DNA of 64,000 nt from assembly GCA_012839865.1 (NCBI GenBank), contig DUMO01000063.1, positions 1 through 64,000 on the forward strand, read 5' to 3'. Below, one piece after another: positions 48,924-59,484 of the stretch (position 1 is its first letter; each line of letters starts with the position of its first letter). This DNA is from Clostridiaceae bacterium (lineage in GTDB: Bacteria > Bacillota > Clostridia > CAYPLH01 > DUMO01). The notes under the pieces are model-generated. The model was not told where the DNA came from. It made no database searches and saw nothing but the letters and a program-made list of their open reading frames with translations. The position numbers were made by a program, and so were the translations under genes.

Positions 48924-49678
48924 CCTCCGGAAAGAAGTTTTTTGAATTCCCTTTCAACAATTTCAAGCTTTTTGTTGATTCCTGCATTCAAGGAACCAAA
49001 GGACGTCTCAATAATGCAATCTCCCGGGGCCAGACTGCTGTCTTCAATTATCTCAAGCTTTCCAAGACCTTGAATTGAAGCTAAGAAGCTTTCCTTTGAC
49101 TTTTCGATAATTTCAAAATCCAAAGGTGAAGCCTTTAGAATAATGTTTTCCCTATTGCTGCATTTTTCAAGGGCATGCTTGAATATTTCAACAATGGATT
49201 CCCTGTTTGTTTTTATTTCACATTCAACAACAGACCGGACAACTTCAAGGACCAAATCCAAAATTTCAGCTTCCATTCCCTCAAGGACAGCATCATGGGT
49301 TGTTTTAGCCCTGGCTATTATCTCGTCTGCCTCCTTCAATTTGCTCTGGTACTCCTCTTTAGCCTCATTTAATCCCTGCTCGAAACCTTTTTTCCTGGCA
49401 TTTTCCTCAATCTGAATGCTTCTTTTTTGTGCTTCCCTTTCGGCTTCCTCAAGCTTTTTTTGGCATTCCAGTTCAGCTTTTTCCATTATCTTTTGCGCTT
49501 CCATCCGGGCCATTTCAATTATTTCCTCTGTGGAAATACTTATTTCACATGTGTCCTGGGTCTGTTCTTCCACTTCATTTTCAGGCTGGGATAATGGAGA
49601 TGGTGCTATATCAAATTCACATATTTCTTTAGGCTTTCCGAGGGTAATCTGGTCAAACTTGTAGACGCCCCTATACAA
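48920..49678 (-). CDS. fliH: Flagellar assembly protein
   Basis: ARKKGFEQG repeat region; DSSLAPGDCIIETSFG. Confidence 0.9.
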   Translation of the reverse strand: MYRGVYKFDQITLGKPKEICEFDIAPSPLSQPENEVEEQTQDTCEISISTEEIIEMARMEAQKIMEKAELECQKKLEEAEREAQKRSIQIEENARKKGFEQGLNEAKEEYQSKLKEADEIIARAKTTHDAVLEGMEAEILDLVLEVVRSVVECEIKTNRESIVEIFKHALEKCSNRENIILKASPLDFEIIEKSKESFLASIQGLGKLEIIEDSSLAPGDCIIETSFGSLNAGINKKLEIVEREFKKLLSGG

Positions 49679-50693
49679 TTATCTCGTCCCCTCCTCCTCT
49701 GGAGATGATAATTTCTCCTGCATCCTCAAGTTTTCTTATTACATTGACAATTTTCTGCTGCGCTTCTTCTACATCCTTCAACCTTACGGGACCCAGGAAT
49801 TCAATATCTTCCTTGATCATTTCAACAAGGCGTTTGGACATATTGGAGAAAATAACATTCTGAACTTCTTCGGTGGCTCCCTTCAGTGCAACCGCCAGAT
49901 CCCTGTTGTCCACCTGCCGCAGGAACTTCTGTATCGAACGGTTGTCCATTGTAAGAATATCTTCAAAGACGAACATTCTCTTTCTGATATCTTCAGCAAG
50001 TTCCGCATCTTCAATTTCAAGGGTTTCCATTATATTTCTCTCAGTTCCCCGATCCACATTGTTCAAAATATCAACAATGGCCTGAACTCCACCGGTTACC
50101 GTATAATCTTCGGTTACAAAGGAAGCAAGCTTTCTTTCCAATACCCTTTCAACTTCCTTTATAACTTCAGGGGATGTCCTGTCCATTAACGCAATCCTTC
50201 TGGCTACATCCGCCTGCTTGTCCTGTGGAAGGGCGGAAAGGACAACCGCAGCCTGCTGAGGCCTCAGGTATGAAAGAATAAGAGAAATCGTCTGAGGGTG
50301 CTCATTTTGAATTGAATTAAGCAATTGGGCTGGATCTGCTTTTCTTACAAACTCAAAGGGCTTCACCTGCAAAGAAACCGTAAGCCTGTTGATTATTTCC
50401 ACAGCCTTTTGGGCACCCATTGCCTTCTCGAGAATTTCTTTCGCATAGCTGATTCCGCCTTCGGCAATGTATTGCTGGGCAAGACAAATCTGATAAAACT
50501 CTTCCATTACCCTTTCCTTTTCTTCGGCGGTTACAGACCTAATATTTGCAATTTCCAGTGTCAATTGCTCAATTTCTTCTTCCTTCAAATGCTTGAAAAT
50601 CTGAGCAGATTTTTCTGGACCAAGGGAAATCAATAGCATTGCAGCTTTTTCTTTTCCGGATCTTTCTTTTTTTAGTGATGATAACCTGGCCAA
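49671..50693 (-). CDS. fliG: Flagellar motor switch protein
   Basis: GKEKAAMLLISLG, EGGISYAKEIL, EHPQTISLIL, MFVFEDI, DVEEAQQKIV. Confidence 0.97.
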   Translation of the reverse strand: MARLSSLKKERSGKEKAAMLLISLGPEKSAQIFKHLKEEEIEQLTLEIANIRSVTAEEKERVMEEFYQICLAQQYIAEGGISYAKEILEKAMGAQKAVEIINRLTVSLQVKPFEFVRKADPAQLLNSIQNEHPQTISLILSYLRPQQAAVVLSALPQDKQADVARRIALMDRTSPEVIKEVERVLERKLASFVTEDYTVTGGVQAIVDILNNVDRGTERNIMETLEIEDAELAEDIRKRMFVFEDILTMDNRSIQKFLRQVDNRDLAVALKGATEEVQNVIFSNMSKRLVEMIKEDIEFLGPVRLKDVEEAQQKIVNVIRKLEDAGEIIISRGGGDEIIV

Positions 50694-50714
50694 AATACAT
50701 CCCCCTTATATTTT

Positions 50715-52289
50715 CTAATCCCAATCATCTGAAAGCCAGTTTCTGAGCAACTGGGCCACTGCCTCAGGCTTTTGCTGAATAATCTTGTCAATCTGCCTCC
50801 TGATCTTAGACCTGTCTTCTACATCCAGTTCAGGTACTTCCTCGGGAGGTTCAGGCATTTTGAACCTTGTGCCTGCAGCAATTGCCGGCTCCAGTTCCAG
50901 ATCTTCCTTATGTCTTCTTCCTGACATAGCAACAATCAACATCCCTATAGCCATGGCGATTATCAACAGCGGCAGGCCATAAACTTCAATATATTCTTTA
51001 ATCTTGTCAACTGTGGTAATTTTTGCTTCTTCAGAAGGAGCAAGCTTATACTTTGCCACGGAAATGTTTTCTGCAGGTATGCCTGAGGCTTTGCTTACAT
51101 TAAGCAAAATTTGATCAATAAAATCCTGGCTTAGCTTTGATTCATCAATAACCTTGTGTCCCCACCACAGTGTTACAGACATGGTTGACTTTTCAGGAAC
51201 CATATTCCCGGGGGCTTTCTCCACTTCTGTCATAAGCTCGGAATATACCATGGTTTTTCTTTCTTCAACACGCTCAGTTGACGAGCCGTTATTCCCGGCC
51301 ATCGGATATGTCGGTATACCTGTTTCGCCGGGATTTGAATCGGTTCCGGGGACACCGCCGGTACCCGTATTTTTTGAAGTTTCTTCAATGGTTTCTATCT
51401 GGGTGACGGCTCCGCCCTCCATGCCTTTTGGATTCTGGTATTCGTGAGTTTGCGTTTTCTGAGTGTCAAAATCAATATATGGATTGGCTACAACCTGAAT
51501 AAAGTCAAAGTTGTCCGAAGGTGATCTGAAAAGGCTGTAGATATTGTTTTCGATCTCTTTTTTTCTCTTAAGACGAATTTCTTCTCTTGTGGTTGTCATG
51601 CTGCCCACCCCATTGGCAGCATCTGAATTGAGTATATTGAAATAGTTATCCACCACCGTAACATTCTCAGGCAACAGGTTTTCCACACTTCGTGAAACAA
51701 CCATTACTATACCCTGCACCTGCTCAGCTGTTAAAGGAATTTTAGAGTTTATCCTCACAAAGGCGGTTGTCTTAAGATCATTGTTGAACAGTGTCGGCTC
51801 CGGCTGTGCCAGTTCAACATCAGCTTCTATAACATTATCAAACATTAAAAGCTTCTGAATGATGTTTTTCTTCTTGTATTCCTTCCATATTTGCTGCTTG
51901 TCACTTTCGGTAGTGTTTATTTTTATGTAACTGTACGCATCTTCGAAGGTCATTCCTCCCTTGGGGTAACCTTCCAGAGCTATGGCAAGTTCTGCATTAT
52001 TCTTGTCCCTGATATCAACCATAATGCTTTTTTTATCAGGAGAAAGGACATGCTTGATATTATTTTCGCTGAGAATTCTTCTCATTTCAGTTATTTCCGT
52101 GGCATCGTTGCTTGATACAATAGACACCATTTCACTTCTTGTAAGCCAGAGAAGTGAAAAAATCAGACATACCGTTAATATCCCTGAAGTAATATAGATA
52201 CGGTTTTTCTGAGATTTGTCAAGATTTCCCCAAAATTCTTTAAATTGATTAATCCACTTATTGAAAACATCCGGCATGTTTTTCACCAC
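50715..52289 (-). CDS. fliF: Flagellar M-ring protein
   Basis: Two TM segments, ENVTVVD, GGVPGTDSN, C-terminal KPEAVAQLLRNWL. Confidence 0.93.
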   Translation of the reverse strand: MVKNMPDVFNKWINQFKEFWGNLDKSQKNRIYITSGILTVCLIFSLLWLTRSEMVSIVSSNDATEITEMRRILSENNIKHVLSPDKKSIMVDIRDKNNAELAIALEGYPKGGMTFEDAYSYIKINTTESDKQQIWKEYKKKNIIQKLLMFDNVIEADVELAQPEPTLFNNDLKTTAFVRINSKIPLTAEQVQGIVMVVSRSVENLLPENVTVVDNYFNILNSDAANGVGSMTTTREEIRLKRKKEIENNIYSLFRSPSDNFDFIQVVANPYIDFDTQKTQTHEYQNPKGMEGGAVTQIETIEETSKNTGTGGVPGTDSNPGETGIPTYPMAGNNGSSTERVEERKTMVYSELMTEVEKAPGNMVPEKSTMSVTLWWGHKVIDESKLSQDFIDQILLNVSKASGIPAENISVAKYKLAPSEEAKITTVDKIKEYIEVYGLPLLIIAMAIGMLIVAMSGRRHKEDLELEPAIAAGTRFKMPEPPEEVPELDVEDRSKIRRQIDKIIQQKPEAVAQLLRNWLSDDWD

Positions 52290-52320
52290 TCTTACTATAT
52301 TGTAATTCTCTTAAGCCGCA

Positions 52321-52620
52321 TTATATTTGCATCCGCATGATTTCATTATAAGCGTCAAGAATTTTATTTCTTATCTGCATTGTGAATTGAAGAGCAATAT
52401 CAGCTTTTTCACTTGCCAGTAAGACTTCGTGAATATTGTCGGTTTTTCCCAGAGCAAAGTCATTGGCAATACGTTCTGAATATATCTGTAAATCACTTAC
52501 ATTATCTATGGTATTTTTTAATATAGACTTAAAATCCGGGAATTCATTTTTTGTATTTATCTTTTTTATTTCATTGCCTGGATATAGTGTTGTGTTGATA
52601 GTGTTTATTTTATTTATCAA
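52321..52620 (-). CDS. fliE: Flagellar hook-basal body protein
   Basis: IHEVLLASEKADIALQFTMQIRNKILDAYNEIMRMQI. Confidence 0.95.
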   Translation of the reverse strand: MINKINTINTTLYPGNEIKKINTKNEFPDFKSILKNTIDNVSDLQIYSERIANDFALGKTDNIHEVLLASEKADIALQFTMQIRNKILDAYNEIMRMQI

Positions 52621-52642
52621 TCCGATAACCCCCCAAATAATC

Positions 52643-53086
52643 TTACTTTCCTATGTCAAGAGCTTTTAAAATCATGCTCTTTGTTGTATTTAATGCTGTT
52701 ATATTTGCCTCATAAGATCTTGAAGCCGATATCATGTTTACCATTTCAGTGACAATGTCCACATTCGGCATTTGTACATAACCATTTTCGTCAGCATCAG
52801 GATGTCCCGGGTCATATACCATCTTAAAAGGTGAATTGTCTTCAACAATGTGTGATACTTTTACACCATTTCCTTTTATCCTGGCCTTGCTTGCATCAGA
52901 TAAAAACTCGGAAAACGGAACATCGGATTTTCTTTCTTCCAGTACAACAACTTTTCTCCTGTATGGAGTACCGTTTTCGGTTCTTGTGGTTGAAGCATTG
53001 GCGATATTTTGTGATATGATATCCATTCTGAGTCTTTGTGCTGTCAAGGCAGAAGCACTTATATCCATTGAATTGAATATACCCAT
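52643..53086 (-). CDS. flgC: Flagellar basal body rod protein
   Basis: SALTAQRLRMDIISQNIANA, YDPGHPDAD, PNVDIVTEM. Confidence 0.97.
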   Translation of the reverse strand: MGIFNSMDISASALTAQRLRMDIISQNIANASTTRTENGTPYRRKVVVLEERKSDVPFSEFLSDASKARIKGNGVKVSHIVEDNSPFKMVYDPGHPDADENGYVQMPNVDIVTEMVNMISASRSYEANITALNTTKSMILKALDIGK

Positions 53087-53089
53087 ACA

Positions 53090-53437
53090 TTAGCGCCTCC
53101 CTTCATTTATAACCGACCTGATACTTCTAAGCCTGCTTGAAATAGTTTGCAATAAAACACTGTACCTTAAAGAGTTTTTGGCCATCTCAGCCATTTCCCT
53201 TTCAATGTCAACATTATTGCCATCCAGACGATTGCTGGTTGCTTTATTATCATAAACAACTTTAATATTTTGTTTTCCCACTTCTTCTTTCAGGATATCA
53301 CCAAACTGAATATCTTTACGTTTATATCCCGGTGTGTCTGCATTTGAAATATTCTCTGAGATTACTTCATGTCGTGCTAAAGAAATATTGGCAGCCTTTT
53401 CAAGTAAATCCGTCCGGTTTATTAATTTACCTAACAA
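53090..53437 (-). CDS. flgB: Flagellar basal body rod protein
   Basis: ISENISNADTPGYKRKD, DGNNVDIEREM. Confidence 0.95.
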   Translation of the reverse strand: MLGKLINRTDLLEKAANISLARHEVISENISNADTPGYKRKDIQFGDILKEEVGKQNIKVVYDNKATSNRLDGNNVDIEREMAEMAKNSLRYSVLLQTISSRLRSIRSVINEGRR

Positions 53438-53577
53438 AACAAATTCCCCCTCCGAAAAACAGGATTTTATTATCTAAAAAAAGGACTACGGATAAAAGAC
53501 AATAGCAGTTTCTCTCATGACTTCAAAAAGAAAACATCATTAAGAAGATAAGTGAGCTCAAATCAAATAAAAACCAT

Positions 53578-53733
53578 TTAGCCTGCATTGTAGTATTCAA
53601 CAATTAAGGCGTCAAGTTTCTTGCTAACGTTCAAAACCTCAACCGACAGGCATGATTTAGTTTTTAGCAGATTATCAAGCTCGTCTTTTAAACTATCGAT
53701 TTCCGCCTCAAGACTTTTTTTAAACTGTTCCAT
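53578..53733 (-). CDS. Spo0E-like aspartyl-phosphate phosphatase (51 aa)
   Basis: Below the ORF-track cutoff; hand translation MEQFKKSLEAEIDSLKDELDNLLKTKSCLSVEVLNVSKKLDALIVEYYNAG; SKKLD matches the Spo0E SQELD signature; AAAGGAAG RBS. Confidence 0.8.
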   Translation of the reverse strand: MEQFKKSLEAEIDSLKDELDNLLKTKSCLSVEVLNVSKKLDALIVEYYNAG

Positions 53734-53843
53734 ATTCTTCCTTTGTATATTTTTTATGGTTAATAACCAAATAAAATTTGAACTTTACTATATATCAATT
53801 ACCTGTTTAATCTCTATATAAACAACACTATATGCAAATATAT

Positions 53844-53860
53844 TTCGACAAGCGTCGTCA
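53844..53860 (-). promoter_or_regulatory. Tandem Spo0A boxes (candidate)
   Basis: Minus strand TGACGAC-gct-TGTCGAA: one perfect and one 6/7 match to TGNCGAA, 3 bp apart. Confidence 0.5.
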
Positions 53861-54069
53861 TATATTGTTTCTTATATTCAACAGTTAATATTTTACTATC
53901 TCATTTAATCAGTTCAAATATAAAGTTCAAGGAATTAACCAAACGCTAATCTTTAGTTAAAAATTACATATAATAAATTTTACATTTTATTCAAGCTTAT
54001 TGTAAAATTTTCTAATAAACTTGATACAAATAGCTATTAATGTCAACTATAAACTAATTTCATATTATA

Positions 54070-54096
54070 ATTCTACAATAAGTTTCAAATTCCTTC
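54070..54096 (-). promoter_or_regulatory. SigmaH-like promoter facing the spo0E-like gene and fla operon
   Basis: GAAGGAATT-11 nt-GTAGAAT fits the B. subtilis sigmaH consensus RnAGGAwWW-N11/12-RnnGAAT. Confidence 0.5.
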
Positions 54097-54125
54097 AAAA
54101 ATCAAAAAACTTTTGCATAAATATT

Positions 54126-54764
54126 CTAGTGAGGAAGCTGGCGCTTGTAATCTTCATTGGATATTTGGTCAATAGGATCAACTATACCTTGTTTGTCGAC
54201 TTTGATCGTATAAAACTCTTCATAATCCTTATACCCCCCGAGGTCCTGAGGCGAATCTGCTGAACCGTATTTCATCAAATCGTTGAACTGATCAAGTCCC
54301 TCATGCTCATCGTCTTCCTGCTGATTTAAATATTTGCGTCCCATGGGGGCATCCAATACCAGTTCTTCATTAGGCCTGTTTTTTATAAGAAAATCTTTGT
54401 CAATTTCCTTATTATCTTCGCATGCTTTGCATAATCTTGCATAGGGAACTGCTTCCAGTCTTTCCCTATCTATTTCCCTGCCGCAAAATGCGCATTTTCC
54501 GTAAGTGTTCTTTTCAATCCTTTTCAAAGCTTCATCTATTTCATATATAATATGCTCTTCATGGGTTTTCAGCGCATTGTTCATTTCAAGCGTAAAAAGC
54601 TGTGTCCCCAATTCAGCAGGGTGATTGTCATAGTTTGAAAGCTCATTCGATGAATCCTGGCCTTGTTCTGACATACCATGCTTTTCCATACTTTCAACAA
54701 CATTTTCAATCTCATACTTTTTTTCAGTTAAAATTCTCTTGAAATATTCCTTGTCTATAGTCAT
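54126..54764 (-). CDS. yteA: YteA-family TraR/DksA C4 zinc-finger protein
   Basis: ELSNYDNHPAELGT, IDEALKRIEKNTYGKCAFCGREIDRERLEAVPYARLCKAC, RPNEE; GGAGG RBS. Confidence 0.88.
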   Translation of the reverse strand: MTIDKEYFKRILTEKKYEIENVVESMEKHGMSEQGQDSSNELSNYDNHPAELGTQLFTLEMNNALKTHEEHIIYEIDEALKRIEKNTYGKCAFCGREIDRERLEAVPYARLCKACEDNKEIDKDFLIKNRPNEELVLDAPMGRKYLNQQEDDEHEGLDQFNDLMKYGSADSPQDLGGYKDYEEFYTIKVDKQGIVDPIDQISNEDYKRQLPH

Positions 54765-55148
54765 CTGTAATCCTCCATGCACAAATATACCACATTATTA
54801 TAATCTTATATCATGAACTTAGTTTTATATCGACATTTCAGCCATCTTTTTTAAATGCACTTAGCCTTAAGCATATAATTATATTTTCCTGTCAAAGAGT
54901 TTTTTACGCATGCAAGTATGTTGAAATTTTAAGAAAATGTGATTATAAAGCGATTTAAAATGAACATTCAGTTATAATCAGCTTTTTTTACAGCATTATG
55001 ATGGAGCAGGAATTTAATATTATGCTCCGAAATTTTTGAAAGTGTAATTTTATATAGTATAATAAGTGTAAATTGATTAAAACTTTATAAAAGCTCCAGT
55101 ATAGTCTTTGCCAATTTATAATATAATTTTTAAATCGGGGAGGTAGTT

Positions 55149-55937
55149 ATGAGTAGTTATCGAGCTGATATCGGCATCTTTGGCGGTTCCGGTTTCTATT
55201 CCCTTTTAAAGAACGCAAAGGAAGTAGAAATCGATACTCCATACGGAAAACCAAGTGATTTAATATCAATTGCAGAATATGAAGGTAAAACTGTAGCATT
55301 TCTGCCCCGGCACGGAAAAGACCACCGGTACCCTCCGCATCTTATTCCCTACAGGGCAAACCTATACGCAATGAAAGAACTCGGAGTCGGCAAGATTATA
55401 GCTCCTACGGCTTCAGGCAGTCTTCAGCCGCATATAAAACCCGGTGATTTTGTGGTGTGCGATCAATTTGTCGACCGTACAACAGGACGTCATGACACCT
55501 TTTTCGAAGGACCCGACGTTATTCATATCAGTGCAGCTTACCCTTATTGCCCGGCATTAAGAAAGGTTGCATATGAGACGGGAAGAAAAATGGGAATATC
55601 CATCCACAATAAGGGAACTGTAGTTGTTATTCAAGGTCCTCGTTTTTCCACCGTGGCGGAAAGCAGATGGTTCAGTCAAATGGGTTGGGATGTAATTAAT
55701 ATGACCCAGTACCCGGAGTGTTATCTTGCAAGGGAATTGGGCATCTGCTATGTAAATATTTCTCTGATAACAGACTACGATGCAGGACTTGAGGGAAACA
55801 AAGAAATAAAACCCGTTACCCAGGATGATGTATTAAGAGTGTTTAATGAGAATAATGAAAAAATAAAAGAGTTGATATTTGAAATGATAAAGAAAATAGA
55901 TTTGAATGAAAAATGCACATGCTGTGAAAATGTTTAG
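55149..55937 (+). CDS. mtnP: S-methyl-5'-thioadenosine phosphorylase
   Basis: IGIFGGSG, TPYGKPS, FLPRHG, YRANLYAM, QFVDRT, GPRFSTVAES, NMTQYPE, ITDYD. Confidence 0.93.
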   Translation: MSSYRADIGIFGGSGFYSLLKNAKEVEIDTPYGKPSDLISIAEYEGKTVAFLPRHGKDHRYPPHLIPYRANLYAMKELGVGKIIAPTASGSLQPHIKPGDFVVCDQFVDRTTGRHDTFFEGPDVIHISAAYPYCPALRKVAYETGRKMGISIHNKGTVVVIQGPRFSTVAESRWFSQMGWDVINMTQYPECYLARELGICYVNISLITDYDAGLEGNKEIKPVTQDDVLRVFNENNEKIKELIFEMIKKIDLNEKCTCCENV

Positions 55938-55971
55938 GAGCAAGGACTTATTTTGTACTCGCCTGCAATGC

Positions 55972-56003
55972 AAAGAGGCTGCCTTTTCAGACAGCCTCTT
56001 TTT
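55972..56003. terminator. Bidirectional rho-independent terminator between convergent mtnP and pckG
   Basis: AAAGAGGCTG...CAGCCTCTTTTT. Confidence 0.85.
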
Positions 56004-56056
56004 ATATTTTCAACAATATAATTCATTATTGACAGCAGCTTTACCAAAGTAAAGAA

Positions 56057-57853
56057 TTACATGTCCTCAAGGCGTTTTTCCAAAGATTTGAGCTGAGCTG
56101 CCATTTCTTCCGGAAGTTTGTCTCCAAATCCGGCATAGTATTCACGGATTGATTCGACTTCCTTCTTCCAATCCTCTTTGTCCACTTTAAGAAGCTCATC
56201 CAGGTCTTCTCCGCTGACTTTAAGACCGTTAAGATCCAAAGCGTCTTTATCAGGCATATAACCTATCGGAGTCTTTACAGCTTTTCCCGTACCTGAAACT
56301 CTTTCAAAAATCCATTTCAGAACACGGCTGTTTTCACCGAATCCAGGCCACAACCATTTTCCGTTTTCGTCTTTCCTGAACCAGTTTACATAAAAGAGCT
56401 TCGGCAACTTTTCAGGATCGGTTTTGGCTCCAATGTTAAGCCAATGCTGCAAGTAGTCACAAATATGATAACCGCAGAACGGAAGCATTGCAAATGGATC
56501 ACGGCGTACCTTTCCGATATTCTGTGAAATGATTGCCGCTGTAATCTCGGAACCCATAATGGACCCCATAAATACTCCGTGTTTCCAGTCAAAGCTCTCA
56601 TGTACCAAAGGTATGGTGGTGGAACGACGGCCGCCAAAGAGAATAGCTGAAATGGGCACTCCCTTCGGATCTTCCCACTCAGGAGCTATAACCGGGCACT
56701 GGGAAGCAGGAGCGGTAAAACGTGCATTGGGATGAGCAGCAAGTTTATCAGATCCTGAATACCAATCTTTTCCGTTCCAGTCAATAAGGTGGTTGGGTGC
56801 ATCATATCCAATTCCTTCCCACCAGACATCACCATCGTCAGTCAGGGCAACATTGGTGAAAATACTGTTTTTCTCAAAGGTTCTCATTGCATTTGGATTT
56901 GATTTCATTGATGTACCGGGAGCAACTCCAAAGAAACCTGCTTCCGGATTGATAGCGTACAGACGTCCGTCTTCTCCGAATTTCATCCATGCAATATCGT
57001 CTCCGATTGTTTCAACTTTCCAACCGGGAATAGTCGGTATCAACATGGCCAGGTTTGTTTTTCCGCATGCACTGGGGAATGCACCGCAAATATACTTCAC
57101 TTCGCCTTTCGGACTAGTAATTTTGAGAATAAGCATATGCTCTGCAAGCCATCCTTCATCACGGGCTTGAACTGAAGCTATACGCAATGCAAAACATTTT
57201 TTGCCCAATAGAGCATTTCCGCCATAACCAGAGCCATAGGACCATATTGTTCTTTCTTCAGGAAAATGGCTGATGTATTTCTGCTCGATTGGAGCACATG
57301 GCCAGGTAACATCTTTCTGGCCTTCCTTAAGAGGATATCCTACTGAATGCAGACAAGGCACGAATTCTCCGTCATCTCCAAGAGTCTCCAAAACTTTCCC
57401 GCCCATACGGGTCATAATCCTCATGTTAACCACAACATAAGGACTGTCTGTCAATTGAATACCGATTTTGGATATTGGTGAGCCAATCGGGCCCATGGAA
57501 AAAGGAATAACGTACATTGTTCTTCCCTTCATTGAACCGGTATATAATTCTTTCATGGTTTTTTTAAGTTCCGCAGGGTCAATCCAGTTATTGGTCGGTC
57601 CTGCATCTTCCTGTTTGCGAGAAGCAATAAAAGTTCTGTTCTCAACACGAGCCACGTCAGACGGATCACTTCTGAAAAGATAGCATCCAGGGCGCTTTTC
57701 AGGGTCTAAAGGAGTTGCGGCTCCGCTTTTAACCATTTCATCAAGCAGTCTATCATACTCCTCCTGAGAGCCATCACACCAGTAAATCCGGTCAGGCTGA
57801 CACATTTCAGCCATTTCTTTAACCCACTGATTCAGTCTTTTGTTTGATGTCAT
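56057..57853 (-). CDS. pckG: Phosphoenolpyruvate carboxykinase (GTP)
   Basis: [72 protein letters not shown]. Confidence 0.97.
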   Translation of the reverse strand: MTSNKRLNQWVKEMAEMCQPDRIYWCDGSQEEYDRLLDEMVKSGAATPLDPEKRPGCYLFRSDPSDVARVENRTFIASRKQEDAGPTNNWIDPAELKKTMKELYTGSMKGRTMYVIPFSMGPIGSPISKIGIQLTDSPYVVVNMRIMTRMGGKVLETLGDDGEFVPCLHSVGYPLKEGQKDVTWPCAPIEQKYISHFPEERTIWSYGSGYGGNALLGKKCFALRIASVQARDEGWLAEHMLILKITSPKGEVKYICGAFPSACGKTNLAMLIPTIPGWKVETIGDDIAWMKFGEDGRLYAINPEAGFFGVAPGTSMKSNPNAMRTFEKNSIFTNVALTDDGDVWWEGIGYDAPNHLIDWNGKDWYSGSDKLAAHPNARFTAPASQCPVIAPEWEDPKGVPISAILFGGRRSTTIPLVHESFDWKHGVFMGSIMGSEITAAIISQNIGKVRRDPFAMLPFCGYHICDYLQHWLNIGAKTDPEKLPKLFYVNWFRKDENGKWLWPGFGENSRVLKWIFERVSGTGKAVKTPIGYMPDKDALDLNGLKVSGEDLDELLKVDKEDWKKEVESIREYYAGFGDKLPEEMAAQLKSLEKRLEDM

Positions 57854-58288
57854 AATAATACTTCCTTTCTAGATAGTTAGTGCTATATTTTTGCTATTGT
57901 ATAAATAATCATTGAGCTTTTTACTTGCTCTCCGAAAATCTCATAGAACAAATGTTGATTGTTTCATAACAGTAAATTTAATCCAGTTCCTAAATACAAT
58001 ATTTGCTGCTAACGACTTACTCAATAGCAATAAATTGTTTGTACCCATACATAGAAATAAAGTTGGATTATGAATATCCAACTTTATCCCCATTTTAATA
58101 TATCATATTTATTATATATTTTCAACTTAAATTTGAAATTAAAATTATAAAAATTTCAGTATAATTATTCTATATAAAAAACCAATAGCTATGAAAGCTT
58201 TTACTGACTGCAATAAGATAAGCTAACACCTTGATATGTCATAAAATTAACAAAAAATATGAAGTTTTGTTATGGAAAAATTTCATTT

Positions 58289-59362
58289 TTATAAAGTGTT
58301 TAATACTTTCATAACCAGGTTTTTATCATCTGTTTTGAATTTAATTACCTTGCCTATTTTTTCAGGCAAAATAAATGTAAGCTTGCCTCCTCTTGCTTTT
58401 TTATCCATTATCATGTTATTATACACTTTCTCTCTGTCCACATCGGGCAGCTTAACAGGCAAACCGGCTTTCTTTAAGAGGTTCTCAATTCTTTCGGTTT
58501 CCTTCTTATTGACCAGGTTAAGGATTTCTGCCATTTTAAATGCTCCTGACATGCCAATTGAGACGCATTCCCCGTGAAGCATTTCAAACTCCATGGCGCT
58601 TTCAATGGCATGACCGATTGTATGTCCAAAATTCAATACTTCCCTCAAGCCTTGTTCCTTTTCGTCCTTTTCCACAACCATGCCTTTAAGCTCGCAGTTT
58701 TTTTCAGATATATACTTTAATACTTCCACGTCAAATTCGAACATATTACTGATGTTGCGATTAATAAAATCAAAAAAGTCCTCATTGAAAATGACACCGT
58801 GTTTTATTACTTCCGCAAGTCCCGACCTTAATTCTCTTAAAGGCAATGTTCTTAAAGTGTTTACATTTATGTAAACTAATGAAGGCTGGTAAAAGGAACC
58901 GATAACATTCTTATATCCTTTAAAATCCACCCCCGTTTTTCCTCCTACGCTGCTGTCCGCCTGCGCAAGAAGGGATGTCGGAACCTGGACAAATTTTACC
59001 CCCCGTAAATAAGTTGCTGCAGCAAACCCTGCAATATCTCCCGTTACTCCTCCGCCTAATGCAGCCACAGCAGAGCTTCTGTCAAATTTATTTGTCAGGA
59101 GAAATTCGTAAATGCCTTGAACTGTTTCCAGGGTTTTATTTGTTTCGCCTGCTTCAATAACATGTTTTGATACACTGAACCCTGCTGACTCCAACACTTC
59201 GATACATTCTTTGGAATGAAATCTGTCCACATTGGTATCGGTAATAAGAGCCACTTTGCCATTAATGCCAGCTAGTTTTAGGCACTCACCAAGCCTGGTG
59301 AAGTTATCGGTTATATATATGGGATAGGTGTGTCCCGTAAGCTTAATATCGAGTTTAATCAT
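58289..59362 (-). CDS. aroB: 3-dehydroquinate synthase
   Basis: GETNKT, LGGGVTGDIAGFAAATYLRG, PTSLLAQADSSVGGKT, AEVIKH, NFGHTIGHAIE, HGECVSIG. Confidence 0.96.
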   Translation of the reverse strand: MIKLDIKLTGHTYPIYITDNFTRLGECLKLAGINGKVALITDTNVDRFHSKECIEVLESAGFSVSKHVIEAGETNKTLETVQGIYEFLLTNKFDRSSAVAALGGGVTGDIAGFAAATYLRGVKFVQVPTSLLAQADSSVGGKTGVDFKGYKNVIGSFYQPSLVYINVNTLRTLPLRELRSGLAEVIKHGVIFNEDFFDFINRNISNMFEFDVEVLKYISEKNCELKGMVVEKDEKEQGLREVLNFGHTIGHAIESAMEFEMLHGECVSIGMSGAFKMAEILNLVNKKETERIENLLKKAGLPVKLPDVDREKVYNNMIMDKKARGGKLTFILPEKIGKVIKFKTDDKNLVMKVLNTL

Positions 59363-59484
59363 TTTATCTTCGCCCTTCACCCTTTAGTTTCCCAAGGGAT
59401 AATACTTTTCAATATGCGGCCTGCAAAACTTTACCTGTAAAGCTTGCAAGCCACATATTTAAAGGCCTGTATTGTTGACTCAGG

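Noticed and set aside
53438..54125. c-di-GMP riboswitch or invertible flagellar switch upstream of flgB (as in C. difficile)
   Set aside because: No GEMM motif and no long flanking inverted repeats were found by eye; the space holds a spo0E-like gene and promoter elements.
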